A stretch of 64,000 nucleotides of DNA, taken from NCBI GenBank assembly GCA_030390025.1, contig CM059438.1:80104001-80168000 (forward strand), given 5' to 3'. The translations under genes were made by a program, and so were the position numbers. Below are positions 49,754 to 61,772 of this stretch, piece after piece (positions within the stretch are counted from its first letter, which is position 1; every line of letters starts with the position of its first letter). Under the pieces are notes generated by a model that was not told the origin of the DNA, did no database searches, and worked only from the letters and a program-made list of their open reading frames with translations. The DNA comes from Squalus acanthias. Its lineage: Eukaryota.

Positions 49754-52700
49754 GTTGTGCTAAAGTTATATAAAAAAACAAAGAAAAGAACATTCTGGAC
49801 ATTGAAGGATTGCAGTTTGAGACTGAAGGTTAGGAAGAGTCTCCGTGTTTCGTATCACCCTTGAATTCAATTGGGGTAACTGTTATACCTCAGTGACCAC
49901 CGAGAGTTCAGGGGTCTTTAACGGTTGTTTGGAAAGGTAGCATTTGATTTTATTGGGCTCTTTCAAAATCAAACCTCCAGTCATTTCCTTTTGATGTTGA
50001 TCTTCTGTCCCACATACATTTGTTTTGCATTATTTAATACATTCAGCTCTGGGGATTGTTAAATAACTAACTTTAAAACACTACAAGGTGCCCAGTTTAG
50101 ATAACATAGCAGACCACAATGCTATCAGTGACAGTGTATTCTGAAGGTTCTTTCATGAGTCCAGTCTGTCTTTTGCCACAAGTGAAGGAATGTCAGTAAT
50201 GCATCATGTGTGATACAACACTGTTTCTTTTGGGGGTTACTCTATTTTAACTTTTCACACTTTCTGCAATTGGATTGTTAACTGGTGATTTGCGGCAGTG
50301 AATTCTCTCAACGCTGGGCGATGAAATTATCATTCAGACTCGCAACAGATAGTGATAAGAGTTTCTGAACAACTCCATATTCATGCTAAATGCTAGGGAG
50401 ACTGCGATTTGTTTGGTTCTTAGCAACAATGAACTTACTGGATTTAGTCTTTCAGTGGCATTAGTGTACAGTAAATAGATAGCTCACCCAATTTCAAATG
50501 GATGATTCCACTTATCATTAATTATATATAAAACAATTGAAAACAATCTTGTAATCTGTTTAAGAGGAAGGATAGCTACATGCAACTTATTGCATTAGTC
50601 TCAGTGAATCCGAGCCCTCATAAATCACCATGCTCTTTATTATGAAAAAGTATTGTTTGGTTTAGAGAATAAGGACTACAATGTGATAACTTTTATTTTT
50701 GCAGTTTTAAAAATATCATAGGATGTAATAACTGAATGTTACCAGCACCCACAAAGGAGAAATGAGAATTTAACATCTTGGAGTAGTAAATGCACTGTCT
50801 TTTGCCTATGACAGAAGGTATTCTATTTGTGTAAATTTCTGTTTCAGTTCAAAAACCTTACTACCAAACTTTGCTGATTAACTCTTTGCTGTACATCCAC
50901 TTTGGCAAATGATTCCGTCAAAAGGATTTTTTTTAACATGTAAAGCTCACAGAAGACCAATTTTACGTTTTATTGACCACTGCAAATTCCGTCGGTTGGG
51001 CTGGAGGGTACAATCTGGCGCGTGAAGCTGCACAGCGATTACTGTCTGTGCTGCTCCATGGTCAGCCAGCAGGAGGCAAGTTTCAGTGGAGAGAGCTGTC
51101 TGTTTTCCCCAAACTCTGAGACAGACCACCTTACTATTGCTCTGTGCTTTCCTGTTGACCCCCCCCCTCGCTCCAGGCGAGTTTGAGTGACAGGCCTCAA
51201 CTCCCTGTTGCCTAGTTGTGAATCTAGTGCTCAACTTTTTTGAGTTCCCAAGTCGTCTGAATGCCAACAATTTTATAACAAAAAGGTATTAATGAGATGT
51301 GATGCAAAATCAGGTGGTGAAAACGGTCGCTCATTTTGCAAAGTTGTTACATGAGTAACCTACAATATTCTTTCAGTTTGAGTGTTGAGTTGGGTAATAA
51401 TGAGCAAGAACGGCTGCTTGTGTTGGGGGCATCTGCCACACCAGTTATTATCTTGGAGAGGAAAAAGCTGAGTGCTAAGCCACTGGTGCAGTAGGAAGCT
51501 CAACATGTTCTAAATATATTAATTGGCATTGAATGAAAAGAAAAATTAGAGTGCAGTGTGATTTCAGTAAACCAGTGCTTTAAGAATGCAGTGTTAGTGT
51601 TTACTGGGATGGTAATCATTTCTCAGTGATCATTTTGCTGACGTATACAGATGTTTTAACAGCACACAGTTAACAAGAAAGTAGTTGAGACAAAAGACAC
51701 CAGGTTTGCATTGGATGCCCCAAGACATCAGAGGCCATGTTAAAGCTGTGTGTCTAACGTAGGAATAGCTCTGGACCGTGAAACAAGGATTTGGTTTGAA
51801 CAAAACTATCATTAAATACAATGAAGCCATACAATAATTCCTTTTTGGAGTATCTTAAATGCATGTCCAGGAAAATCTTACTGCCAATAGTTAAATAAAT
51901 GTACAACTTCAGCTTTTCATTTTAAATAGAGCTACAGATCACCTTATAGACCAGGGTAGTCTGATAACTGGTGGGATGTGGCTGCCACTGATCATGTGGC
52001 TCTGACGAACTTGGGGGCACACGACTGCTTTGATTTTGAATAATTAAAAATAATATTCGTTAAAATGAAAAGTACCAGAGTTATAAACAGAATATATAGT
52101 GGCAAATAATAGTTTATAAAGAAAATTCTAGTTAACAGTGTGGGTGTCTGAGATACCACATTGTGGAATATATATTTTTATTCTATGAGTGTGATTGGTA
52201 ATTTCACTGCCCAGGGCACTGTTACTTCACATGTGTAAAAATCCAACGTGCCATTTCCCATCCGTGAGATAACGGGCAGAAGCAGAACATTCATTTGAAG
52301 TCCCATTTACCTTTTTACCCACAAACATTGACTGTAGAACGAAGAGGCTGCTTGCCCCAGTGACATGAGTGGCAGGGGTTCACTCACTTGTTTTAAAGGC
52401 TGTCAGGAGTCAATAGCATCAGCAGCACTCGTAAGTTCTGGGTTTTTCACATTGGTGAACCAGCTGTCAGAATTCACCGTGGTGCAGCATGTAAAGTGTA
52501 CACTATAGGAATTCATGGTAAACTCAAGCTAATTTACTAACAATTGGCAGTGCACTGGGTAGCAGTATTTCATGATAAAAAAGGAAATTATGGATTGGTT
52601 AAACATGCACCAACTACAGAACGGATCAGATATTTACATTCTTTTTCCACATTCTTTAAAAAAAAACCCAAGGAAATAAATTTGAAGAAGCTGGATAAAG

Positions 52701-53326
52701 TAAAAATGAAAAATATTTCCTCTTCATGTTGAGGGAGGTGGAGGTATATTCAGAGCAGCAAGTTACACAAGAAACGTGATCAAGAAGAAGTTTATTAAGA
52801 GACTATGGAATTTCATGCATACACTTTCATGAACTTTGCTGACCCTTTTTATTGTTTTGATGCTGTGGTCTTGTCTGATTGTGAAAAGCACGCTGGCTTT
52901 GAATGCTGTACATTTTCTATTATACCAATTGTACTGTCCTGTACACATTCTTGTACAGTTGAATGTGATGTATTAAACAGTCTCCATTTTTGTTGATATG
53001 TATAAATTAGCATAAAGTAGTTCTAATTTTTAAAGTGTTTTCTTGCCAATGAATTTAATCTACAAATTCATGCAATTTATACAAAAAGGAAAGTGATGGG
53101 CATGTTTCCTACGGCAGAAAGGCACCCCCTGGCCACATGGCTAAAAGATTAAAGCTGCAAACCCTACACCGTGTGCGTGATATAATTAACAACCGAAAAA
53201 AGATGATAAATCCCATTCAATTAGAGTCAATGCATTCTTTCTTGAGATATGAAAGCTCTTAGGTTAAAGCAAAAGATTAGAAATTATTTAGGGGTTAACC
53301 AATTTGTAAATATGATTTTTTTGCAG

Positions 53327-53374
53327 GTAGAGCAAGTATTTGGGCCAATTGAGACTGCCATTCCCGAAGTTTGA
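53327..53374 (+). CDS. Candidate alternative terminal exon (Lhx9-alpha-like), VEQVFGPIETAIPEV*
   Basis: Branch-like GTTAAC near 53294, acceptor TTTTTTTGCAG| and phase 0 compatible with the exon 4 donor. The peptide start resembles the Lhx9-alpha tail GEQILG, and a shifted frame reads SRSLKCP (compare SRRLKIP). ATTAAA at 53520-53525. No transcript evidence. Confidence 0.55.
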   Translation, partial: VEQVFGPIETAIPEV

Positions 53375-56001
53375 AATGTCCTATCGTTAAAAGAATGAAA
53401 ATTATAAGACTGGAAACTAGGTGACTTCAAGACAGAGGTCATTTGAAAAGTGAGCTGCTTATATTAGTTTACTATATTGATGTTGAAAAAATGTGAAATG
53501 CTTGTTGGGCATTTTTTCAATTAAAAGAAAAGACTGATACAAAGATACAATACTTGCTCTTGCTGCAAAATAGAAGGTAAACAATGCTCCCAAATGGGAA
53601 ATGTGCTATCAAATAATAACCACAATGAATTCATGAATAATAATAAGATAGACTCTTTCACAGTCTTCTGCAGTTAGATCCAATCAACGGCATAATACAA
53701 TAAGCTACCTGTGACACAGCTCATCTATTGTTCGTTATCAAAGTACTGGAATATGCTTTTTTTCACTGCTTCTGAAAGATACCTGATTTTTAAATCTTTC
53801 CTCATTAAAACAGGTTCAATCGTGGATGCGGTAAATACACTCAGGCAGCTATTTGATTAATACATCAAAATCTTAGTACATGTTTATGATGGAAGAGTTC
53901 CTATTGTCTGAATTCATATGGCTTTAATATCTTTAGGTTCCTAGCTGCTTTGAAGAACTGACTAGAATCTTTGCACAACATTATTTATTACACTATTTTG
54001 AGAAAGCTCCGACGAGTCATGAAAGAAATGCATATAAGCTGGTCCCTTGATACTACAGTACAACACCGGCATAGATATCGATCTGACTTTAGTTAGCAAA
54101 AGCTTTTCTTAGTATGGCTGGAAACGGCGCTGTTAGATAAATTCTTCATTGTCTGTGTCTTGGTAGATATTAGATGAAGGGATAATTAATCTTTGCAGAT
54201 GCGCTGCTTTTTGCAAATTGACGTTTCCTCAATTGCTGTCTCTTCAGCTCTACCTTCACACACTCTCCTTCATCCAGGAGGGCAGTGCGCTCCAGGCTAT
54301 AGGTTTGCTCCGTGGCTTTAGCCAATGGACCTCCATGACTGCTATTAATGGCACTCTGCGATTAACCAACAGGAAATACATTTGCAAATGATATGCAGTG
54401 CTGCTTTCTTTCTCCCGTGAGGTGTAATGATTTATTATTATAAGCTGCTCTACCTATCAGTCTAGTCAAAACTATGTAATTTTAGGTGGTCTAAAGAGCC
54501 CAGTAGGACAGGCACTTGAACCCACAGCCAGCTGATTAATTCTTCGAGAGTTGAAGTAGCATTTTTGAACCAAAATCCAAATAAGAGAAGATAATGCTGG
54601 GCCAGTTAATGCAGGTTCTTAGTGTGCTAAAATCCAGAGCTGTGAAGCAATTGGGCATGGGTTTCCCCTTTGGCAGCCCCTCAACAGAGAGTCCTGCATC
54701 TGGCTGGTACCATCTCTAGAGGCGATCTATGACGGCAAGGTGCTTCCTCATAGGTAGTGATAATCTTAAGGCAAGTCAACTCTTCTGTAGCTCCTGACAG
54801 CTGGTTCCAATAGGGTCTGGCACATTGGGAACAGTTTACCTGCCCAGCTGCCCAGTTGGAGTAGCTGCATGGCACAGAGTAAACTGTGGAACCAGAAACC
54901 AAGAGAAAGTAAATATAGAAGAATACGAGAGATGTTGGTGGGGTGGCGGAAATAGGGCGGGAAAGAAAGACCAGGCAACAATTCAGAAACATTTTGTTTG
55001 TTTCTATAATTCCATTTCTGTAGTATTATTTTTGCAGTGGAAAACAGAGACGATTCTATTGTAGAGATTACACAACAATATAAAAGACGTGTATATTAAA
55101 CTTTCAAAAATCATTTAGTTTTCAAAAGGATCACATTTTTGTGATATTTAACCTTTTTGTGCTTAGATAATTTGAGCAAAATTATTGAAATTCTCTCGAA
55201 GAACTAGAATCTACAAGAAATGGAAAAAACCCAGAAATACCGACATTGTGTTTGCAGCACTTAAAAGTCTCATTTTACCGACAATATGAGACACTGTGGA
55301 CCAACACACACCTTTTAGGTATATTCTGCATAATATTCCAATGCGCTTCTGCTATCAGAGGTGTACACTTTGCTGATGTATACCTGATGGAAGTAGGCTC
55401 TATTTATAGCATCTAGCAAAAGACAGTAAAGCAGCATGAACGAACTGGGTAATTTAGTCTATTTAAACTGTTTAAAAAAAAAATTGAAATGCACATATAA
55501 ATTCCAGTGATACCTCACTTGAATGGTTATATTTTGGTTGTTATTTGACGTCTACTTTCCCCCCTTTCCCCCCGAATAGCCTTGAGCCCCATGTACCTGG
55601 ACTCTGAATAAAACTGTTACAGGTGGGGTTGGGCAGGGCGGGTTGACAGCAATGACTTTCATAACCTTTGTAGATATTGTTTTGTGCTCAGCTGAAAGTG
55701 GGGGAGAGAGGGGAGTAGCTGAATCCAACCTGAACTTGCTGATATTTCCCTTTCTTCCCTTTGCTCAAAAACACAGCTGAGATTAGTAACTTTCTATCTG
55801 GTAAACCCTTAGCACAAATAGAGGCCTTTGAGGACTTTGGACTGTAATGATCCTGCAACAAATCCACAACATAGCAAAATTACAATTGATTAACCCATTG
55901 AAAAAATCTCAAGAATTAAGTGTTTCATACTAATGTCCATTATTCTAATTTGATGTTAAATGTTTTGTAATGGATTACTAACAAAAGAAATACCCAGACA
56001 C

Positions 56002-56927
56002 AGGCCCCGATATTTATGGGGAGGGCGGTGGGGGATTATAGCTGCCCGGAAATGTGGGCAACGCGGTAGTCCTGCCGAATTTAACGGCAGGACCTCATTT
56101 GAACTTTTTATTCTCCGTTTCCCAGCCGGCAGCCAGCCAGATTGAGAAGCTGCCTGATTGTCAGGCGGGAAGGCCTGCGCCGGAAGGTCGCAGCTGGGAG
56201 CGGAGAACTGGGAAGGTCGGGGGTTGATTGTGGGTCGGAGGGGAGATGACCGGTGGGGGGGTTGGGGAGGAGGTCACAGGAGGGGGAGATCGCGGGGGTA
56301 TGTCAACAGATGGTGGGTTGGGGGGGGGGGGGAGATCACGGAGGGGGTGGGTGTTGAATAGTTCACTGGTTTGGGGGAGAGATCCTGGGGGGGTTGTTGA
56401 ACAGATCGCGGACGGGCGGTGAATCATGGGGAATGGGAGATCGATCGCGGGGGGGGGGGTTGAAAAGATTGCGCGTTGGGGGGGGGCAGGTCGTGGATGG
56501 GGGGAGAGATCGCTGGGGGTGCGTGGGGTTGAACAGATCACGGATCGGGGCAGGAGATGGTCGGGGGAGCTTCGGATCGCGAGGGGAGGAAGCAAGTTTG
56601 CCTGTAGGGCTGGGGGAAGCACTCCTGCTCCTCCTGGCGCACTAGCAGTGCAGGAAAGGCACTTACCTGCTGGATCCGTCCTTACTCGCCTCCCAGTTAG
56701 ATCTGAAAGTCTGTTACAATTTGAGGCACGCAGCCTCATTAGCATAATTCAATGACTGACCCGCCTCTTGAGAGGAGGTTAGTCGCCCGCCCCTCAACCC
56801 ACCTCCGTTAAAACAAAAAGTAGGCGTTCTCAAGGCGGGTTGGGGTCGGGTTTCTCATTTTTGAAATTTGAACACCCCACCCCGCCCCGTCCAAGTCCCC
56901 CCCACATGGAGGGTTAAAATCCCCCCC
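56002..56927. mobile_element. GC-rich MITE-like insertion with an internal G-rich minisatellite
   Basis: Sharp GC- and CpG-rich block in AT-rich flanks; ends GGCCCCGATATTTA and TTAAAATCCCCCC; repeated GAGATCG-G-run and GTTGAA units at about 56220-56580. Confidence 0.55.
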
Positions 56928-57029
56928 TGCCCCCCCCCCCCCCACCCATAGTATTTAATGAACTTTAAGGATACAAACTCTTTGTGCTTTAAGAATCTTA
57001 TTTTTTCCATGGCTCTCCAGGTGGTTAGG

Positions 57030-57487
57030 TGTTAGCCGTGGCTCAGTGGTAGCACTCTCGCCTCTCAGTCAGAAGCATTCTGGTTCAAGTCCCACTCCAG
57101 AGTCCTCAACACATAATCTAGGCTGACACTCCAGTGCAGTACTGAGGGAGTGCTGCATTGATGGAGGCGCTGTCTTTTGGATGAGACGTTAACTGAGGCC
57201 CTGTCTACCCTCTCAGATGGACGTAAAAGATCTCATGGCACTATTTCAAATAAGAGCAGGGGAGTTCTCCCTCGCTAATATTCCTCAATCACCATCACTA
57301 ACAAACAGATTATCTGGTCATTATCACATTGCTGTTTGTGGGAGCTTGCTGTGCACAAATTGGCTGCCACGTTTCCTACATTACAACAGTGACTACACTT
57401 CAAAACAGAACTTCATTGGCCGCAAAGTGTGTTGGGACATCCTGTGGTTGTGAAAGCTGCTTGCTAAATGCAAGTCTTTCTTTCTTT
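57030..57487 (+). mobile_element. Full-length tRNA-headed SINE, Deu-domain (SacSINE1/AmnSINE-like) family
   Basis: Pol III A box TGGCTCAGTGG (57039) and B box GGTTCAAGTCC (57082); central GCAGTACTGAGGGAGTGCTGCA...GATGAGACGTTAA; tail AAATGCAAGTCTTTCTTT. The 3' half is shared with copies at 7688 and 63550. Family name recalled from consensus. Confidence 0.85.
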
Positions 57488-58294
57488 GTTCCTTCTTTTG
57501 CTAAATTCACAGACTCACCTGGCTTGTTGTGGGGGAGGCTGTCAGCAGAGATGAGGTATTGCCCAAAAGGGAGAGTATGGAATTACAAGTGAATCAACCT
57601 GCAATTCCTAGTGCCCAGCTACAGTGTGGCATTGACAGAGGTCTTGGAATAAACCACTTGCCCACTCTCCCAATCAGGGCATAGTATAAGACATGGAAGG
57701 GGTGTAGAGAGGGTGCAGCATGGAATGAGAGAGCAATAAAAAGAGAGAGTAAATAAACTTGGGGATAAAGAAAAAGTTTTTTAAATCACCAACACATAAT
57801 CATCTGGATTAAGATACATTTTAAAAGAAAGCTCGAACTTGAATTGTTATTTTGTCATTTTACTTGCACTGAGATTCAGGTACAGTGAACCCCCCCCATT
57901 ATCCACCATATTGGACAGGACACCATGGGTCCCCTGTGCATAATGGAAGTTGTTGGATAATTGACAGATCCACATGTTGGACTTACCTTAAATATGGGAA
58001 TGAAGACAATTACACAGTCAATAACATAAACTGAATGTAATCTTTCTCGGGCTGTGAGTTTGATTTATATGAGACGGGGAGATTGGTTTTAGCGAGTGGT
58101 GCAAAGAGATGAGGGAGGTCATTTTTACCTTCACAGCCTGGGTAGTAATCTGGCTGAGCCCGTTATAGAATCCATCCCATCGGTTTCAATGGGATTGCAG
58201 GTGAAAGTTATCTCCAATGGCTCACTTCAAGATCTTGTTTGTGAAAATTCCATTGGATAATTGGATCATAGATAACAGAGGTTGCAAAGTATTT

Positions 58295-58510
58295 CAAAGT
58301 ATTTACAGCACAGAAACAGGCCATTCGGCCCAACAGGTCCATGCTGGTGTTTATGTTCCACACGAGCCTCCTCCCACCCCTCTTCATCTAACCCCATCAA
58401 TATATCCTTCTGTTCTTTTCTCCCTCATGGGCTTATCTAGCTTCCCCTTGAATGCATCTATGCTATTCACCCCAACCACTCTCTGTGGTAGCGAGTTCCA
58501 CATTCTAATC
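58295..58510 (-). mobile_element. CR1 3'-end fragment
   Basis: TTTACAGCACAGAAACAGGCCATTCGGCCC...GGTAGCGAGTTCCACATTCT is the reverse complement of a CR1 3' UTR. Confidence 0.85.
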
Positions 58511-61500
58511 ATTTTCTAACATAGAATACTTTCTAACGTGAGGAAATATTAATTTCAACAATGCTGAAGGATCAGTGCGAGATAATATAGCAGAGACATA
58601 TATCCTTTTGTTGGCTTCCTCAGCTAGGAGGTCACAGTAGGTGTTTTGATATATAATCACCATCACAAATCCTATTTAGGTAAACTGGCATTTGTGTGGG
58701 TTGCTTAACCTTTTTTTTGCTGTTTTGTCATTGTCATTGCAGTTTTAGTCCAAGGGTGTTGTTAATTTAATTAACCAAAAACATTATAATTCATTGCAGT
58801 GGAATAAAAAAGTGAAGTATTCCGAACAAATTTAAATATGAACAGAGTTAACTCACTGATTAAATTAACTATTGCACCAATAATAATGAATTGGTGATGG
58901 TCCTCCATCATATCTACAGAGCTTGCGACTTATAGATCTTTCGTACTCATGTAAGAACTTCCATAACAGACGTTCATTGGTACAATATCCTATAGATCAT
59001 TCCTTCCATATTTGTAAAAATATTTAGCATAATACACCAATGATACAGTATCTTCTTACAACCTGAACTGTGAAATTTGTCCTGCAAGTGAAGGGACAGT
59101 AATAACAGAAGACTTTAATTGATTCTATCAGTTCTCATGGTCGTTCTGGAATGTGGCACGTGAAGCTGACATCAAGTGGTAATTCCCTGTAATAAGTTGC
59201 TACTTTCATCAATTTATACGTGAGGCCAAATGATAACCTGAACCGTGCATTTTGACAATACAGCGAATAGTTCAACGGCTTCTGTACTAGAATAGGTGAC
59301 GAGACAGAGAGTTAAAAAATGATTCAAGTGCCGAGCCATGGCCCTGGACCCAGTACAAAATCTGCCTGATCTTTTCACTAAAATCATCAGAACTTGCTTC
59401 GAGAAGAGCTATTTTTTCATTTATTTCTGTTGTCACTTAGTGTTGAGATTGCTCTCCCAATCTTCCATGTTCTGCCTCTTTCTTTTGACAGGTAAAACGT
59501 TTCAGTTTATTTTGTTATTCTGCTTTCTGGGACGACCTCTTAAGGAATTTCAATTTTTAAAAAATTCAGACTTAGTTACACAGAATGATTGAGCCGTTTG
59601 GTGAGCAACCTTGTGAGATTTTACAAATCCATTTCCTACAGGGGTGGCTGTGCATATACCAAGGTGTTTACTGCGGCATGGATTGTTGGCATGAGATGAA
59701 GCTGAGTACTAAAATAATTAGCATTGTGGTAAAACTGCCATATGCGAATCTTCTTGTTTATTATTATCATCAGATCCTGTTGTGTTTTTTTGTTATCTGT
59801 TGTAATAATAAATTATAATAAAGCTGTAGTGCCTATCCACAGAGGTACACAGATACTACAGTGAAAGAATCCAAATGTAATACTCTTGGTGACTATACCA
59901 GTGAGTTTTACACACTGTGATAGCACTGTACCTGATCTCACTCTGATCTACTGAACATTAGATTCTTATAGATAAAGAGAAAGACACCGACTGGCTGTAC
60001 AAAAAAAATAGAGAGGAAGTGAGTATAAATTCTAGAGCAGCACAATCAGATTATGGGGAGATTGAGAGATGATGAAAGAGTGAGGGGAGAGCACCAAGAA
60101 TTCAAAGCAGAAATTATAGAACTTGAAGTAGACCTTGCAGATTGATAATTATGGTGATTATGTCATTTTGTTCAGACATTGTGGCCATTACTAGCCCTGA
60201 GGGTCCCACCACCACCTCGTAATGAGGCACGCTAATGACAGCACGTTGATATAATAGTGATTTTAAAAAGCTTAATTAGCAGCAAGTGAATCAAAGGACA
60301 ATAATGAAAAGATCAGGGCTGTTAATGACCATAAAATCCAAACAAGATTACATTATATTATATCACTGCTATTATTTTGCACTGGTGTGACTGACAGAAT
60401 CTGAAAGCAATGAAATTGTGAACGATATTCATTGAACTTATTGGTGTTTACCACAATATTATGGTACTGCGCTCGTACCATAGACTGTGTCAAAGCCATT
60501 AAAACGCTACCAGTGCATGTGTCTGATGGAATGTCTAGTTTTCTACTAGTTTAAGCAACAAAGCAGATTGCACACAAACTATGGTGCAATAATTAGCGAG
60601 TGGATGTGTAAGAAATGCTTCAGAATGGTGACAGCCAGAACGGAACGAGAAAGACATTTTAGAGAAAGCTATATTAATGTCTTCACTGTTAGATTGTTTT
60701 TTCATCTTGGAATCTTTTGGTTATTTTCATATTGTTCTGTTGACATTGCAACACTGAAGTACACTTACATGATTGCTACAGCTTCTTTCTGCCACTCAAA
60801 TATTTGAAGAAAATGTCAATAAATCAACTTTCAGGGGATTTATTATAAGAATTCAAAAACTAGAAAAAAAAATGAAACTCAACACAGTGGTAAACGTTTA
60901 CATGAGATTTATTTTGACTAATTTTTTGAACTGAGACAGTGTAAGGTGAAAATACAATTGCAGACTCTTGTCAGGTACATGCAGTCAGTGAGAAAATATC
61001 TATACATGGCATCTTTCAAAATTAATTTAATTGCAGCATATTGATTTGAGAAATAGTATTTATCTCTGTTTTTAAAAAAAAAAAGTAAATCAACCAGACA
61101 TGGTTCTTTTTATTTATCAGTTTAATACAATCAATAGGAAAGTCATTCTATCTCACCCACAACGTAAACAGCATTTTGTGCTCCACCTCTATGTGCAGCA
61201 GTATGAGTTTTCCTTGCTTGTCGTTCATTGAGTATTGTTTGTGAATTATCAGCACACTGTGTAAGTCCCAGCTGATATTATAGTGGATTATACAAATCTA
61301 TGGAAAATAATATCTCAATTTTGCCATTTGTTGGTTGTGTGTGTGTGTGTGTGTGTGCTTTTCCTGCCATGCAGATGTGAAGAAACTAAAGACTATTTAC
61401 ACTGGACGTGGGAACAAGTTGCTGTATCTTTATGCCATGAAGGAACAATCTTCAGAAATAAAAGACATTTTCATACTATGCAAAGTGCCCTCCATTTTGT

Positions 61501-61699
61501 ATTTGTGTTGTGTTACATAATTAAGAACTAGTCATTTTCATCTTTGAATCTAAACATTTATTCCATCATACAACACACTGAAGGAGATCATTGTTTGATT
61601 TAAAAACCATTTTGAAACACGATGTATTATATCAGCAGTTTATGCCAAAAATGAAAAAGATGATATTTGACTTCTCTTAATATTGGAGTTGAGGAAGGA

Positions 61700-61772
61700 G
61701 ATCAGCCATGATCTTATTGAATGGCGGAGAAGGCTCGAGGGGCCGAATGGCCTACACCTGCTCCTATATCTT
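61700..61772 (+). mobile_element. Short CR1-type 3' tail
   Basis: GATCAGCCATGATCTTATTGAATGGCGGAG...GGCCGAATGGCCTAC; a near-identical inverted copy lies at about 63890-63950. Confidence 0.8.

Noticed and set aside
56161-56755. Long Pro/Gly-rich ORFs (194 and 109 aa)
   Set aside because: By-product of G-rich low-complexity repeat DNA.
57035-57105. tRNA gene
   Set aside because: The A and B boxes are followed by a SINE body and tail found elsewhere in the window; this is a tRNA-derived head.
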